A DNA stretch of 64,000 bases, taken from contig JAKSBN010000391.1 in NCBI GenBank assembly GCA_022361175.1, positions 8,457 through 72,456 on the forward strand. The letters run 5' to 3'. The stretch is from Pseudomonadota bacterium (lineage in GTDB: Bacteria > Myxococcota_A > UBA9160 > UBA4427). The position numbers and the translations under genes were made by a program. The notes beneath the pieces are model-generated. The model worked only from the letters and a program-made list of their open reading frames with translations, was not told the origin of the DNA and did no database searches. Below, piece by piece: positions 18,851 to 28,016 of this stretch (position 1 is the stretch's first letter; each line of letters opens with the position of its first letter).

Positions 18851-20477
18851 CCTCCACCGCGAGCTCGGGGGCCTCGCGCAGGCGGTAGACGACGGCGAAC
18901 GCGTCGTCCCGCGCGACGACTCGATACAGCGCGCCGCCGTCCAGCTTGTTCGGTTCGCGCTGCCACAAGGCGAAGCGCGCGGCCTCCTCATAGGCCGCGG
19001 CGAGACCGTCCCACACGATCCCCGCGGTCTCGTGCGGAGCGACGCCGGGCCCCTCCTTGACGACGACGAAGCGGGGGCGGGAGTCCATGATGCGGCGAAT
19101 CTCGTCGCTCTGGTCCACCTCCAGCGCCGCCGCACCGGGCTTGCTCAGCAGGTGCAGAGAAAAGGGAAAGCGCGTGGGGATGGCGCCGCCGGCCAGGTGG
19201 TAGACCACGTGCTGGTAGTTGTAGACGTAGAGGGAGTCGCCCGGCTGCAGCTCTGCACGGATGGCGGCAGCCACGTGCCGCGGGACGTCGTCGCGATGGA
19301 AGTCCCCGTGAACGGCGTTGCGGGCCAGGCGCAGAGCGCGCCAGCCCAGCTCGCCGGCGGGTCCGGAAAAGAAGACGAAGGCCAGCAACAGCACCGCGAG
19401 GCCGGTGCGGCCGAACGCCGTCTGGCGGCTGGGGAAGGCCTGCAGCAGGGAGCCGGCGAAGAAGCTGAAGAGCAGGCACAGCGGCGGCAGCAGCTGCAGC
19501 AGGTGGTGATCGAAGAAGCGCCCCTGGGCGGCGACGCTCAGGCCGGCGAGTCCGAGCCAGGCGAAGAGCGAGCCCAACAGCGCGCGCTCTCCCGGCGAGG
19601 GCGCCAGGCGGGGCAGGGCCACGAGCACCGCTGCCGCCCCCACCAAAGCGCCGGAGAAGGCCAAGAGGGCGTTGGCCCCGCGAAGCAGTCCGGCGCCCGT
19701 GATTCCGACTCCGGCGTAGACCCAGTTGAAGACGATCGAGTTCTCGATCAGCACCGAGACCTGGCCCGTCCACCAGTAGGGCGCCATCTGAAGCAACAGC
19801 GTCGCGACGAAGGCGCCCCCGATCAGACTCCCCGCCTCCACGTAGCGGCGAATCCCGTCGGCGAGCGCGAGTCGCTGCCCATAGAGCAGAGCGGCGAAGA
19901 CCAGCGCGAAGGCCAGGAGATCGAAGCCCACCACGAACTTGGTCCCGAACGCGAGCCCGAAGGCGCAGCCGCTGGCCAGAAAGCGGAGCGTGCGGGCCCG
20001 CAACGACTCGGTGCTGGCGCCCAGGGTGGCGTGCAGCAGACCCTGGAGGACCGCCGCGCCGAACACGATCTCGGTGTTCGTGGCCAATCCCCCGTTTACG
20101 GTGCAGAGTGCGGTGTAGGCGAGGGCGCCGACCCAGGGCCCGGGCAGCTGCGGCCACAGCTCGCGGTGGAGCCGGAAGATCGAGTAGGCGCCGATCGCCA
20201 CGGAGAGGGTCCCGAGCAGGCGGATGCTGACGATCCCGCCCCCCAGCAGGAGCTGCGCCAGGGCGAAGAGCCAGTAGATGAGCGGCGGCTTGTGATCCCA
20301 GGACCCCTCGTAGGGCAGCTGGCCGGACAGCACCTCTTCGGAGATCAGGAGATACAGGCTCTCGTCCCAGTCGACGATCGAGTCGAACAGGACCGGAAGC
20401 CGAAGCAGCAGGGCGGTCGCGAGCAGGAGGAGAAAGACGACCCCGTTGCGGCGCTGCGGGCGGGCGGTGACAGCCAT
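18834..20477 (-). CDS. ArnT/PMT-like polyprenyl-phosphate-sugar-dependent glycosyltransferase (GT39/GT83-like, polytopic)
   Basis: About 12 predicted TM helices. First-loop DWDES motif (DSIVDWDESLYLL...HKPPLIYW). Soluble C-terminal domain. Confidence 0.6.
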   Translation of the reverse strand: MAVTARPQRRNGVVFLLLLATALLLRLPVLFDSIVDWDESLYLLISEEVLSGQLPYEGSWDHKPPLIYWLFALAQLLLGGGIVSIRLLGTLSVAIGAYSIFRLHRELWPQLPGPWVGALAYTALCTVNGGLATNTEIVFGAAVLQGLLHATLGASTESLRARTLRFLASGCAFGLAFGTKFVVGFDLLAFALVFAALLYGQRLALADGIRRYVEAGSLIGGAFVATLLLQMAPYWWTGQVSVLIENSIVFNWVYAGVGITGAGLLRGANALLAFSGALVGAAAVLVALPRLAPSPGERALLGSLFAWLGLAGLSVAAQGRFFDHHLLQLLPPLCLLFSFFAGSLLQAFPSRQTAFGRTGLAVLLLAFVFFSGPAGELGWRALRLARNAVHGDFHRDDVPRHVAAAIRAELQPGDSLYVYNYQHVVYHLAGGAIPTRFPFSLHLLSKPGAAALEVDQSDEIRRIMDSRPRFVVVKEGPGVAPHETAGIVWDGLAAAYEEAARFALWQREPNKLDGGALYRVVARDDAFAVVYRLREAPELAVEATPVP

Positions 20478-20484
20478 GACCCGG

Positions 20485-21243
20485 TCAGCCGCGCCTCAGG
20501 TAGCGGAGGTAGATGCGGGCGATCTCCGCGGGCGCGCGCAGGAAGTCGCCGGCCCGCACCTTCGACCCGGCGACGTCCCGCCACGACAGCAGCGGCAGCT
20601 CGTAGATCGCCTCGCTGACCCGGGGGCCGCCGTTCGCGCGCCGGCTGGCGATCATGCGCGCGATCACCTCGACGTCGAAGACCCAGTTGGTCGCGAACGG
20701 CTCGGCGAACAGGGAAGCGGTTTCGTCGCTGGCTCGAAACAGCTTGGCCCCGCACTGGGTGTCGTAGACGCGAAGCCGAAGCAGGTTCGAGACCACGGTG
20801 GCGAACACGCGGCCCAGGTAGTGGCGTCGGCTGTTGCGGCGGATCGAGCGGCCCAGCAGCTGGACGCGGGCGCCGAAGACCACGTCGCGCTGGGGATGCG
20901 TTTCGAGCACGTCGACGAAGCGCGGGATCTCCTCCAGGGGCGTGGAGAGATCGGCGTCCCAGTATCCGACGTAGCGAAAGCCGCGGCGGAAGGCCTCCAG
21001 CATTCCGAGGCGCACCGCGTCGGCCTTGCCGCCGTTCGAACCGCGGTCCACCACGCTGAAGCGCTGCGGGTCGCTCTTCTCCAGGGCGCGCAGCACGCGC
21101 AGCGTATCGTCGGTGCTGCCGTCGTTCACGAAGACGAACTGCAGCTCCAGGCCGTCGGGCCGGAACGCGCGAAACTGCTCGAGCGGGAGCCTGGCCGCCT
21201 CGTTGTAGCAGGGAACGACGATCCCGACCTCGGACACGGGCAC
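20485..21243 (-). CDS. GT2 polyprenyl-phosphate glycosyltransferase (ArnC/DPM1-like)
   Basis: VVPCYNEA...FVNDGSTDDT...GGKADAVRLGM...WDADLSTP...DTQCGAKLF. Confidence 0.75.
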   Translation of the reverse strand: MPVSEVGIVVPCYNEAARLPLEQFRAFRPDGLELQFVFVNDGSTDDTLRVLRALEKSDPQRFSVVDRGSNGGKADAVRLGMLEAFRRGFRYVGYWDADLSTPLEEIPRFVDVLETHPQRDVVFGARVQLLGRSIRRNSRRHYLGRVFATVVSNLLRLRVYDTQCGAKLFRASDETASLFAEPFATNWVFDVEVIARMIASRRANGGPRVSEAIYELPLLSWRDVAGSKVRAGDFLRAPAEIARIYLRYLRRG

Positions 21244-21253
21244 CCTCCGCGAC

Positions 21254-22852
21254 CTAGCGATCGGCTTCGAGCCGACGCGCGAGCGCCTTGCGATCCACCT
21301 TGCCGTTCGCGTTCAGCGGGAAGTCCGCGACGCGTCGGATCGCGCGGGGCTGCATGTAGCTCGGCAGCTGTCCCTTGCAGCCGGCGATGATGGCGGCGTC
21401 GTCGTGGGCGTCGTCTCCGACGAAGGCGACGATGCCCTCGGCGCCGCCGGCGGTGACGGGCCATCCCACGGCCACGGCCACGTCGACTCCGCCCACCCGC
21501 CGCAGGACGGCCTCGATCTCCCCGAGCTCGACCCGGTAGCCCTGGATCTTGATCTGGTTGTCCACGCGTCCGAGATACAGGAGGGGAGCGGATTCGTCCC
21601 GCGGCCGCCGCACCCGATCGCCGGTGCGGTAGTAGGTCTCCGTCTGCCCGGGCGGGACGACGAAGGCCGCGTCGGTGCGCTCGGGGTCCTCCCAGTATCC
21701 CAGGCTCAACTGGGGGCCGGCCATCAGCAGTTCGCCCGTTTCGCCCGGAGCCACCTCGCAGAGCGTCTCGTCGGCCACCAGCACTTTCATCCCAGGATAC
21801 GGGGCGCCGATCGGGACCACCCCCTGCTCGGCGTCGGATGCCGCGGTCTCGGGGGCGAAGCGGTAGAGCGTGCACGCGATCGTGAGCTCGGTGGGGCCGT
21901 AGAGGTTCTCCAACACGGCGTTCGGCGCCGCCGCCGCCCACGCCTCGGCCAGGTCGAGGGGCAGCGCTTCGCCGCAGAAGAGCGAGAGCCGAAGACTGGG
22001 GTACTGCCCCGGCCGCAGCTTCCGGAGCTTCTTCAAAACGACCCCCGTCGACGGCACGGAGAACCAGACGGTGATGCCCGAAGCCTCGATGTAGGAGGAC
22101 GGCATCATCTTTTGCTGCAGCGTCGGACAGCACAGACAGGCGCCGCGCTCCCACGCCACGAACATGTCGAAGACCGAGAGGTCGAACGTGAGATCGAACA
22201 TCTGGGAGAAGCGGTCGTCCTCGGACACGCCATAGCGGTCCACCATCGCGGCGATGAACGCGGTGGCGTTGCGGTGCGCCACCATGACGCCCTTCGGCTG
22301 CCCGGTGCTGCCCGAGGTGAAGAGCAGGTAGGCGACGCCGTTCGGATCGACGGCTTCGGGCACCCAGTCGTCCGCCGAGGCCAGATCGCTCGCGCCGAGG
22401 AAGGTGTGGGCCGGCCAGCGCGCGGCCAGGGCCGCGGGATCCGGGGTGTCGGGGAGCAGCAGGATGCGGGGCTCGGCCACATCCGTCAGCAGCGCGTCGA
22501 CGTGGGCCACGCTGGGGCCGTCGACCACCAGCACCTGGCAGCGGGAGCGCTCCAGCATGGCGCGGGTGCGATCGATCGGGAATGCCGGATTCAGAGGGAC
22601 GTAGCCGTGGCCCCGGAACAGTGCTCCGAGAATGGCGGCGAACGCCGTGGGGCTGCGCTGCCCGAGCACGGCCGTGAGCGGAGGCTGCGCGTCGGGGAGC
22701 ACCCGCGCCAACGTCGCCGCAATCGCGGCGGCGCGGGCGCGCAGCTCGGCGTAGGTCAGCGTGAGGCCGTCGACCTCCAGCGCCGGACGCTCCGGAAAGC
22801 GCTCGCTGGAAGCCAGAAAGCCGGATCGAAGTGTACGCAGCGACTCGGCCAT
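21254..22852 (-). CDS. stand-alone adenylation (AMP-binding) enzyme, DltA / amino-acid-adenylation-like
   Basis: Core motifs A3 YLLFTSGSTGQPKGV, A5 NLYGPTE, A7 YRTGD, A8 GRVDNQIKIQGYRVELGEIE, A10 NGKVDRKAL. ATG at 22852 checked in frame. Confidence 0.85.
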   Translation of the reverse strand: MAESLRTLRSGFLASSERFPERPALEVDGLTLTYAELRARAAAIAATLARVLPDAQPPLTAVLGQRSPTAFAAILGALFRGHGYVPLNPAFPIDRTRAMLERSRCQVLVVDGPSVAHVDALLTDVAEPRILLLPDTPDPAALAARWPAHTFLGASDLASADDWVPEAVDPNGVAYLLFTSGSTGQPKGVMVAHRNATAFIAAMVDRYGVSEDDRFSQMFDLTFDLSVFDMFVAWERGACLCCPTLQQKMMPSSYIEASGITVWFSVPSTGVVLKKLRKLRPGQYPSLRLSLFCGEALPLDLAEAWAAAAPNAVLENLYGPTELTIACTLYRFAPETAASDAEQGVVPIGAPYPGMKVLVADETLCEVAPGETGELLMAGPQLSLGYWEDPERTDAAFVVPPGQTETYYRTGDRVRRPRDESAPLLYLGRVDNQIKIQGYRVELGEIEAVLRRVGGVDVAVAVGWPVTAGGAEGIVAFVGDDAHDDAAIIAGCKGQLPSYMQPRAIRRVADFPLNANGKVDRKALARRLEADR

Positions 22853-22860
22853 CTCACCCG

Positions 22861-23112
22861 TCACTCCGTCTGCGCGAAGAACGCAGCGTAGAGGGCGTCG
22901 ATGCTCGCCAGCGCCTCGGGCTGGATGTCGTCCACGTCCACGTCCTCGCCCTTCAAGCTCTCGACGAAGAGGACGAGCTCCACCACGTCCAGGGACGACA
23001 GGATTCCGTCGTCGAGAATGGGGGTGTCGTTCTGGAGCTTCTGGTCCGGGCCGGACTGCGCCCGCTCCAGGATCCAGGCCCGGAGGCTCTCCTTGATCTC
23101 GCTTTCGGACAT
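22861..23112 (-). CDS. acyl/peptidyl carrier protein (83 aa)
   Basis: Phosphopantetheine-site context DDGILSSLDVVELVLFVE. The ATG shares one base with the upstream TGA (TGATG). Confidence 0.75.
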   Translation of the reverse strand: MSESEIKESLRAWILERAQSGPDQKLQNDTPILDDGILSSLDVVELVLFVESLKGEDVDVDDIQPEALASIDALYAAFFAQTE

Positions 23113-23972
23113 CAGAGCTCCGGAGCCTGCTCGAGGATGCCCGTATCCAGGAAGTACTTGACCAGGCGCTCGGAGGCGCGCTCTCGATGGGCACGGCACG
23201 CCGGGTGCTTGAGCGCCGCCTGCCTCGCCGGATAAGCGTCGGGGATCGCGGCATCCCGGTACATGGACGGGTTGTAGAAGTCCGCCCACGACGACCGCAT
23301 GTAGTCGCCGAGCCAGCTTCGCAGGCCGGCGAGGGTCTCCGCGGACCAGGTCGGCGCGAACTCCTCGAACAGGTCCTTCAGGAGCCGCCGACCGAAGGTG
23401 ATGTGCCGGGCTTCATCGGCGTGGTGGATGTTGTTGATCTCGGCCACCAGCGGGTGCAGACGCTTGTCGCGTCCCATGGCGATGTTGTAGTAGTCGCCCA
23501 GCTCCTCGACGATCAGCACCTTGATGAAGAACGTCACGTCCTCTTCGCCCTTGGCGTACTCGCGCGGCAGCACCAGCTTCTTGTAGTTGTAGACCTTCCC
23601 CACGTAGCGGTTGCAGAAGTCCGCGAACATCACCATGTGCTTGTTCTCTTCGTCGAGAAAGTGGTGGATGTATTCGGTGACTTCCGGGTTGCGACGGGAG
23701 TACATCTGGTTGACCAGGCCCTGGATCAGGGGGCGCTCGCCCTGCAGCGTCAGGCTGAAGAAGTTCCCCAGCTCGTACCGGCTGAGGGTGCGCTGGGCGG
23801 GGAGGTCGAGCTCTTCCCAGGCCTCGGTGCCGTAGAGGGAGCACAGCTCGGGCGGCATGAACCAGGCCGAGTCGTCCAGCGTGTCGGGCCACTCGATGCG
23901 CGAGTAGACGTCCCACAGGTGCTTGACCGACTGGTGAGAGAGGCGCACAGCGAGCGCGGTGGTGGCATCCAT
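23112..23972 (-). CDS. ferritin-like diiron oxygenase, AurF/CmlI-like ligand pattern
   Basis: ExxH in FLDEENKHMVMF, Glu in LIVEELGDYY, and H-x3-E-x2-H in NIHHADEARHITF. ATG at 23972 checked in frame. Confidence 0.6.
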   Translation of the reverse strand: MDATTALAVRLSHQSVKHLWDVYSRIEWPDTLDDSAWFMPPELCSLYGTEAWEELDLPAQRTLSRYELGNFFSLTLQGERPLIQGLVNQMYSRRNPEVTEYIHHFLDEENKHMVMFADFCNRYVGKVYNYKKLVLPREYAKGEEDVTFFIKVLIVEELGDYYNIAMGRDKRLHPLVAEINNIHHADEARHITFGRRLLKDLFEEFAPTWSAETLAGLRSWLGDYMRSSWADFYNPSMYRDAAIPDAYPARQAALKHPACRAHRERASERLVKYFLDTGILEQAPEL

Positions 23973-24238
23973 GGCGGGGCCCAGCTCCTCCGATCGATTG
24001 GCTCCCTGGCGCGCGCGGGACCCGGTCGAGTGGTATCGGGTGGGTGTCCTCAGTCCCGGGATAGGTGACACCCCTTGCTCCCAACCCCTGGGAAAGTGTG
24101 GGAAAACCCTGCCTCCACCGAACGGCGCGCTCCTCTGGGGAGCTCGGAGTCTCGCGCCAGGATAGCGCCCGGGGGCGTCTCGGGGGTGCAAGTCCCGCTG
24201 CAGGGCCGCGAAATGGGTACAGGATCGGGGCCCGGGGA

Positions 24239-25360
24239 CTACATCCGCATGGGGCCGTGACCGTCCATGTTCGTGAGGTGCAGGCCCCCGCCGGCCTTCT
24301 CGAAGGGCTCGAGCGCCTTGGTGAGCTCCGGCGAGGCGGCGAAGATGCGCCGGTCCGGGAGGTTCACGAAGCCCTGGGCCGCGAAAGCCGCCACCCAGGC
24401 GGGGTGGGCCTGATTCGAGAAGATGAGGTCGACTCCCCGCTGCTTCAAGAACTGCACGGCTGCGGCCACGACGCTGCCGGCGTCCTCCGGCCGAGCCAGG
24501 GCGTCGATGACGGACCCGACCCGACAGTCTCCGAAGCGGACGTCTCCCTCCATGGGGGTGTCGAGGACGGCGACCCAGCCGAGGGTGTGCCCATCCCGGC
24601 GCACCCGCAGCTTGATGGCGGGAGGCCAGTGCCCGTCCTTCAGCAGCAGGTTCATGGTCGCGGCGTCCCGGTAGGCGATCAGCGCGTACTCGTCGCGACA
24701 GCTTTCCCAGAGCTCGTCGGCCCAACTCCCGAACTCCGAGAAGGGCTCGGCCTCGGCCGCGGGGGCGCCGCCGCCCCGCACGCGCAAGGCCGCGTGCAAG
24801 AGCTTCAGGCCCAACCCACCGAGGCCGGAGAACGCCAACAGGTCCAGGGCGAAACGCCGCGCGGGCGTTCCCCGCAGATAGGCGTTCTGGCGCAGGAACC
24901 GGAACGGCCGCACGACGGCCAGACAGAAGGGCGTGCCGTGGAGCTGCCAACCCAGCCGGCGCAGCATCTCCAGCATGGGCTGCTCGAGCCCGCCGTGCCC
25001 CCAGCTGTAGAGCAGCGGGTACTTCTTCAGCATATCCCGAATCAAGCGCAGCCCCAGCGTGTTGTAGCGGCGGCTCAGGATCCCCTCGGTGATCGGGCCC
25101 TGCCAGTCGGTGACCGTGCGGTCCTCGCCGCGACAGCGAAACTCGTGCGGCTTGAGGGCGAAGGCGCCGCGGACCCACTCGCCGTCCTCGATGGCCAGGT
25201 GATGCTCACGCCAGGTGCGCTGGTCTCCCTCCTTGGGGACCCAGGCGTCCACCGGGCTCTCGTACCAGCGCCAGTGGACCCCGCCTTCCTCCATGCGCCG
25301 ATTGAACGCGCGCACGGCGTCGGTCCAGGCCTCGGTGTACGGCACCACCTCGATCGCCAT
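24239..25360 (-). CDS. two-lobed GNAT-fold acyltransferase, FemAB-like (resembles the PEP-CTERM-locus-associated FemAB family)
   Basis: 373 aa starting MAIEVVPYTEAWTDAVRAFN. Size, position and a duplicated acyl-CoA N-acyltransferase-like layout support the call. No sharp motif, so it rests on context and resemblance. Confidence 0.45.
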   Translation of the reverse strand: MAIEVVPYTEAWTDAVRAFNRRMEEGGVHWRWYESPVDAWVPKEGDQRTWREHHLAIEDGEWVRGAFALKPHEFRCRGEDRTVTDWQGPITEGILSRRYNTLGLRLIRDMLKKYPLLYSWGHGGLEQPMLEMLRRLGWQLHGTPFCLAVVRPFRFLRQNAYLRGTPARRFALDLLAFSGLGGLGLKLLHAALRVRGGGAPAAEAEPFSEFGSWADELWESCRDEYALIAYRDAATMNLLLKDGHWPPAIKLRVRRDGHTLGWVAVLDTPMEGDVRFGDCRVGSVIDALARPEDAGSVVAAAVQFLKQRGVDLIFSNQAHPAWVAAFAAQGFVNLPDRRIFAASPELTKALEPFEKAGGGLHLTNMDGHGPMRM

Positions 25361-25425
25361 CCACAACCTCCGTCGACCACAGGGGCGCAGAGCATACCCG
25401 CGCCCGCCCGGCGGCGCCGGAGCGG

Positions 25426-26886
25426 TTAGGTGCTCCGCAGCCGCGGCCACAGGCGCCGTGCCACCAGCAGGGCGATGGGCGCCAGCAAGACGATCCCGAG
25501 CCCCAAGCTCACCAAGGGCAGGCTCCCGAAGCCCAAGCGAGCGGCGACGGGAACCGGCAGCCACCAGGCCGCCGCGGCCAAGGCGAGGCCCAGGAGCGTC
25601 TGCCGAACGTCTCCGGCCCAGACCGAGAACCCCTCGCGCTGGAGGCGCCAGGCCACCACGGCGTTGCCGCAGAACGCGCCGGCCGCCACGCCCAGGATCA
25701 GTCCCGGAAGTTCGCCGACGCGATAGCCCAGCACGCAGGCGACGCCCGTGGCGAGCGTCTTCACCACGTGGGAGAGGGCCCAACTCCGAGAGTCGCCGAG
25801 CGCCAACAGCGCGCGCCCCGAGGACTCGTGCAGAAAGCCCCACCAAATCGCCAGCATCGACAGCTGGGCGATCCAGCCGGCATCGGCGTAGCGCGCGTCG
25901 TAGAGGAACGAGAAGAAGGCCGGCGCGACGAAGCCGGCGGCGGCGATGGCGAGTAGCCCGACGGGCAGGACCACGCCGCGCGCGGCGCGAAAGTCCCGGA
26001 CCAAGACGTCTCGCCCTTTGCGATGAGAGGCGGCGAGGGCGGGCATCAGCACGGTCTGAATGATGCGGCCGGAGACGTCGCGCACGACTCCGGCCAGCAG
26101 GATGCCGATGCTGTAGACGCCGAGCCGTTCGAGCGGCAGCAGCTTGCCCAGCAGCGCCACGTCGAGCCGCAGCGCCAGGAACGTGAACAGGGTGCTCACG
26201 AAGATCCACTTGCCGAAGGAGAGGATGTCCGCCGCGGCGCTTCGGTCCCAGCGCAGCCGATTGCCGGGCCCGGGGATGGCCCAGTGCGAGAAGGCCAGCC
26301 GCACCGCCGCGGCCACCAAGCCACCGGCCACCAGCGCCCAGACGGAACGGGTCCACCACGCCAGCACGACCATGGCGACCAGCGCCGCCGCCTGTCCCGC
26401 CAACTCGCTGGCGACGACGCGGCCGAGCCGAAGGCCGCGGGTCTCGGTCACCAGCTTGGTGGAGAAGAGACCCTGGAGGACGGCGGCGAACGTGGCCACG
26501 GCCAGCAGGGGCGTCAGCTGGGGCTCGCCGTAGAACGCGGCGACGGGCCAGGCGATGGCCACGCCACAGGCCCAGAGCGCGCACCCCCGCAGCAGCTGGA
26601 GCGTCCAGGCCGTGTCCAGAAAGTCCCGTTCCTCACCCCGCGCGTGACGGATGAGCGCGGGCTGGATCCCCACGTTGGAGACCATCTGCAGGCCGTTCTG
26701 AAACAGCCGCACCAGCTCCATCAAGCCGAACGCCTCGGGAAACAAGAGGCGCGAGAGAATCAGGTTCGAGAGCAGCCGGAGCCCCTGAGCGGCCCCCTGG
26801 CCCACGACGTTCACCAGCGCACCACGCGCCGCGCGTCGCGCCAGCGTCGGCTCCGGGGAGGGCCCAGGCGGCGCGGGCGCGCTCAC
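25426..26886 (-). CDS. Wzx-type polysaccharide flippase (MOP superfamily)
   Basis: About 12-14 TM helices. N-terminal LVNVVGQGAAQGLRLLSNLILSRLLFPEAFGLM is typical of polysaccharide biosynthesis proteins. GTG at 26886 overlaps the upstream TGA. Confidence 0.7.
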   Translation of the reverse strand: MSAPAPPGPSPEPTLARRAARGALVNVVGQGAAQGLRLLSNLILSRLLFPEAFGLMELVRLFQNGLQMVSNVGIQPALIRHARGEERDFLDTAWTLQLLRGCALWACGVAIAWPVAAFYGEPQLTPLLAVATFAAVLQGLFSTKLVTETRGLRLGRVVASELAGQAAALVAMVVLAWWTRSVWALVAGGLVAAAVRLAFSHWAIPGPGNRLRWDRSAAADILSFGKWIFVSTLFTFLALRLDVALLGKLLPLERLGVYSIGILLAGVVRDVSGRIIQTVLMPALAASHRKGRDVLVRDFRAARGVVLPVGLLAIAAAGFVAPAFFSFLYDARYADAGWIAQLSMLAIWWGFLHESSGRALLALGDSRSWALSHVVKTLATGVACVLGYRVGELPGLILGVAAGAFCGNAVVAWRLQREGFSVWAGDVRQTLLGLALAAAAWWLPVPVAARLGFGSLPLVSLGLGIVLLAPIALLVARRLWPRLRST

Positions 26887-27920
26887 GGAGCCTTCGCCTC
26901 GGGTCCCTTGTATTCGATCAGCGCGCCGGGCCGACCGCGCAGGACGCGATTCCACGCGAAGCCGAGTGCGCCCCACAACTCCGCGAACTTCGACACCACG
27001 CAGGCGGCGGCGTAGAGGCGGGCATCGGAAGCGGACCAGCGCGTCGCGGCATCGCGGTAGATGCGCCACGCCAGCCACGCGTAGGCGCACACGGCGAGCC
27101 CCGCCAGTGCCGCCCACAGCAGCAGTGCGCTCGCCACCGTCGCGCACGGGACGACGCCTCCCCAGAAGGCCACGGAAGCCAGGTGGCGTACGCGCCGGCG
27201 ATCGGGCGCCCGGCGCTGCCGCACGACCAGTTCGGCATAGGCGTGGCCGGCCCGCACCTGACGTCGCCACCACTGGGAGAACCGCTGCAGGGCGGCGTCG
27301 TGCCGCGTCATCTCGCGATCCAGCCGCAGGATGCGCCCGCCCGCCAGGCGCAGGCGATGCGCGAACTCGGGATCCTCGCCCGCGATCAGGCTCTCGTCGT
27401 AGCCCCCCGTGCTCGCGACCCAGCTCGCGCGCACCAGCACGTCGCCGCCGAACGCCTGGGCCTCGCCGATCGGGGTGTCCCACTCCAGATCGATCAGGCG
27501 GTTGTAGCGGCTGGCGTCGGGGTGGCGTTCGCGGCGGCGGCCGCAGACGGCCACGCACTCGGGTTGGCTCTCCAGGGTGGCGCGGGCCGCGTCGATCCAA
27601 CCCGGGGCCAGCTCCGTATCTCCGTCGAGAAATTGGACGAACGCCAGCTGGGGATGGGCCTCGGACAGGGCTCGAAAGCCCTCGTTGCGTCCGCGCGCCG
27701 CCGTGAACGGGCGCGCGGGATCCAGCTCGACCACCTGGGCGCCCAACTCGCGCGCCCGCTCCGGGCTGTGGTCGCTGGAGCCACTGTCGACGTAGACCAC
27801 CGGCCCGCCGCACTCCGCCAGCGAACGCAGGCAGCGCAACATGCGCTCGCCCTCGTTGCGCCCGATGACGACGAAGCCCAGCGAGGACGCGGCTTCGCCA
27901 GGCGGACGGGATTCTTCCAA
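26883..27920 (-). CDS. family 2 glycosyltransferase with a C-terminal membrane segment
   Basis: FVVIGRNEGERM...YVDSGSSD...FLDGDTEL (DxD)...GEDPEF. Confidence 0.75.
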   Translation of the reverse strand: MEESRPPGEAASSLGFVVIGRNEGERMLRCLRSLAECGGPVVYVDSGSSDHSPERARELGAQVVELDPARPFTAARGRNEGFRALSEAHPQLAFVQFLDGDTELAPGWIDAARATLESQPECVAVCGRRRERHPDASRYNRLIDLEWDTPIGEAQAFGGDVLVRASWVASTGGYDESLIAGEDPEFAHRLRLAGGRILRLDREMTRHDAALQRFSQWWRRQVRAGHAYAELVVRQRRAPDRRRVRHLASVAFWGGVVPCATVASALLLWAALAGLAVCAYAWLAWRIYRDAATRWSASDARLYAAACVVSKFAELWGALGFAWNRVLRGRPGALIEYKGPEAKAP

Positions 27921-28016
27921 GGCGACCCCCCTGGCCTGGAAGCATCGGTGACTTCGAGGCCAGGGGGTAGCAGAAAACGCGTTACTGGAGGAGCCAGGCG
28001 CGCGGTCGGGTCGGAC

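Noticed and set aside
24239-27945. Long N-terminal extensions of ORFs 24239..26584 and 25426..27945, and the internal ORF 28324..29928
   Set aside because: The extensions run through neighbouring real genes in other frames and are Arg/Pro/Gly junk. The starts were reset to 25360 and 26886. 28324..29928 is an alternative frame of the beta-helix gene.
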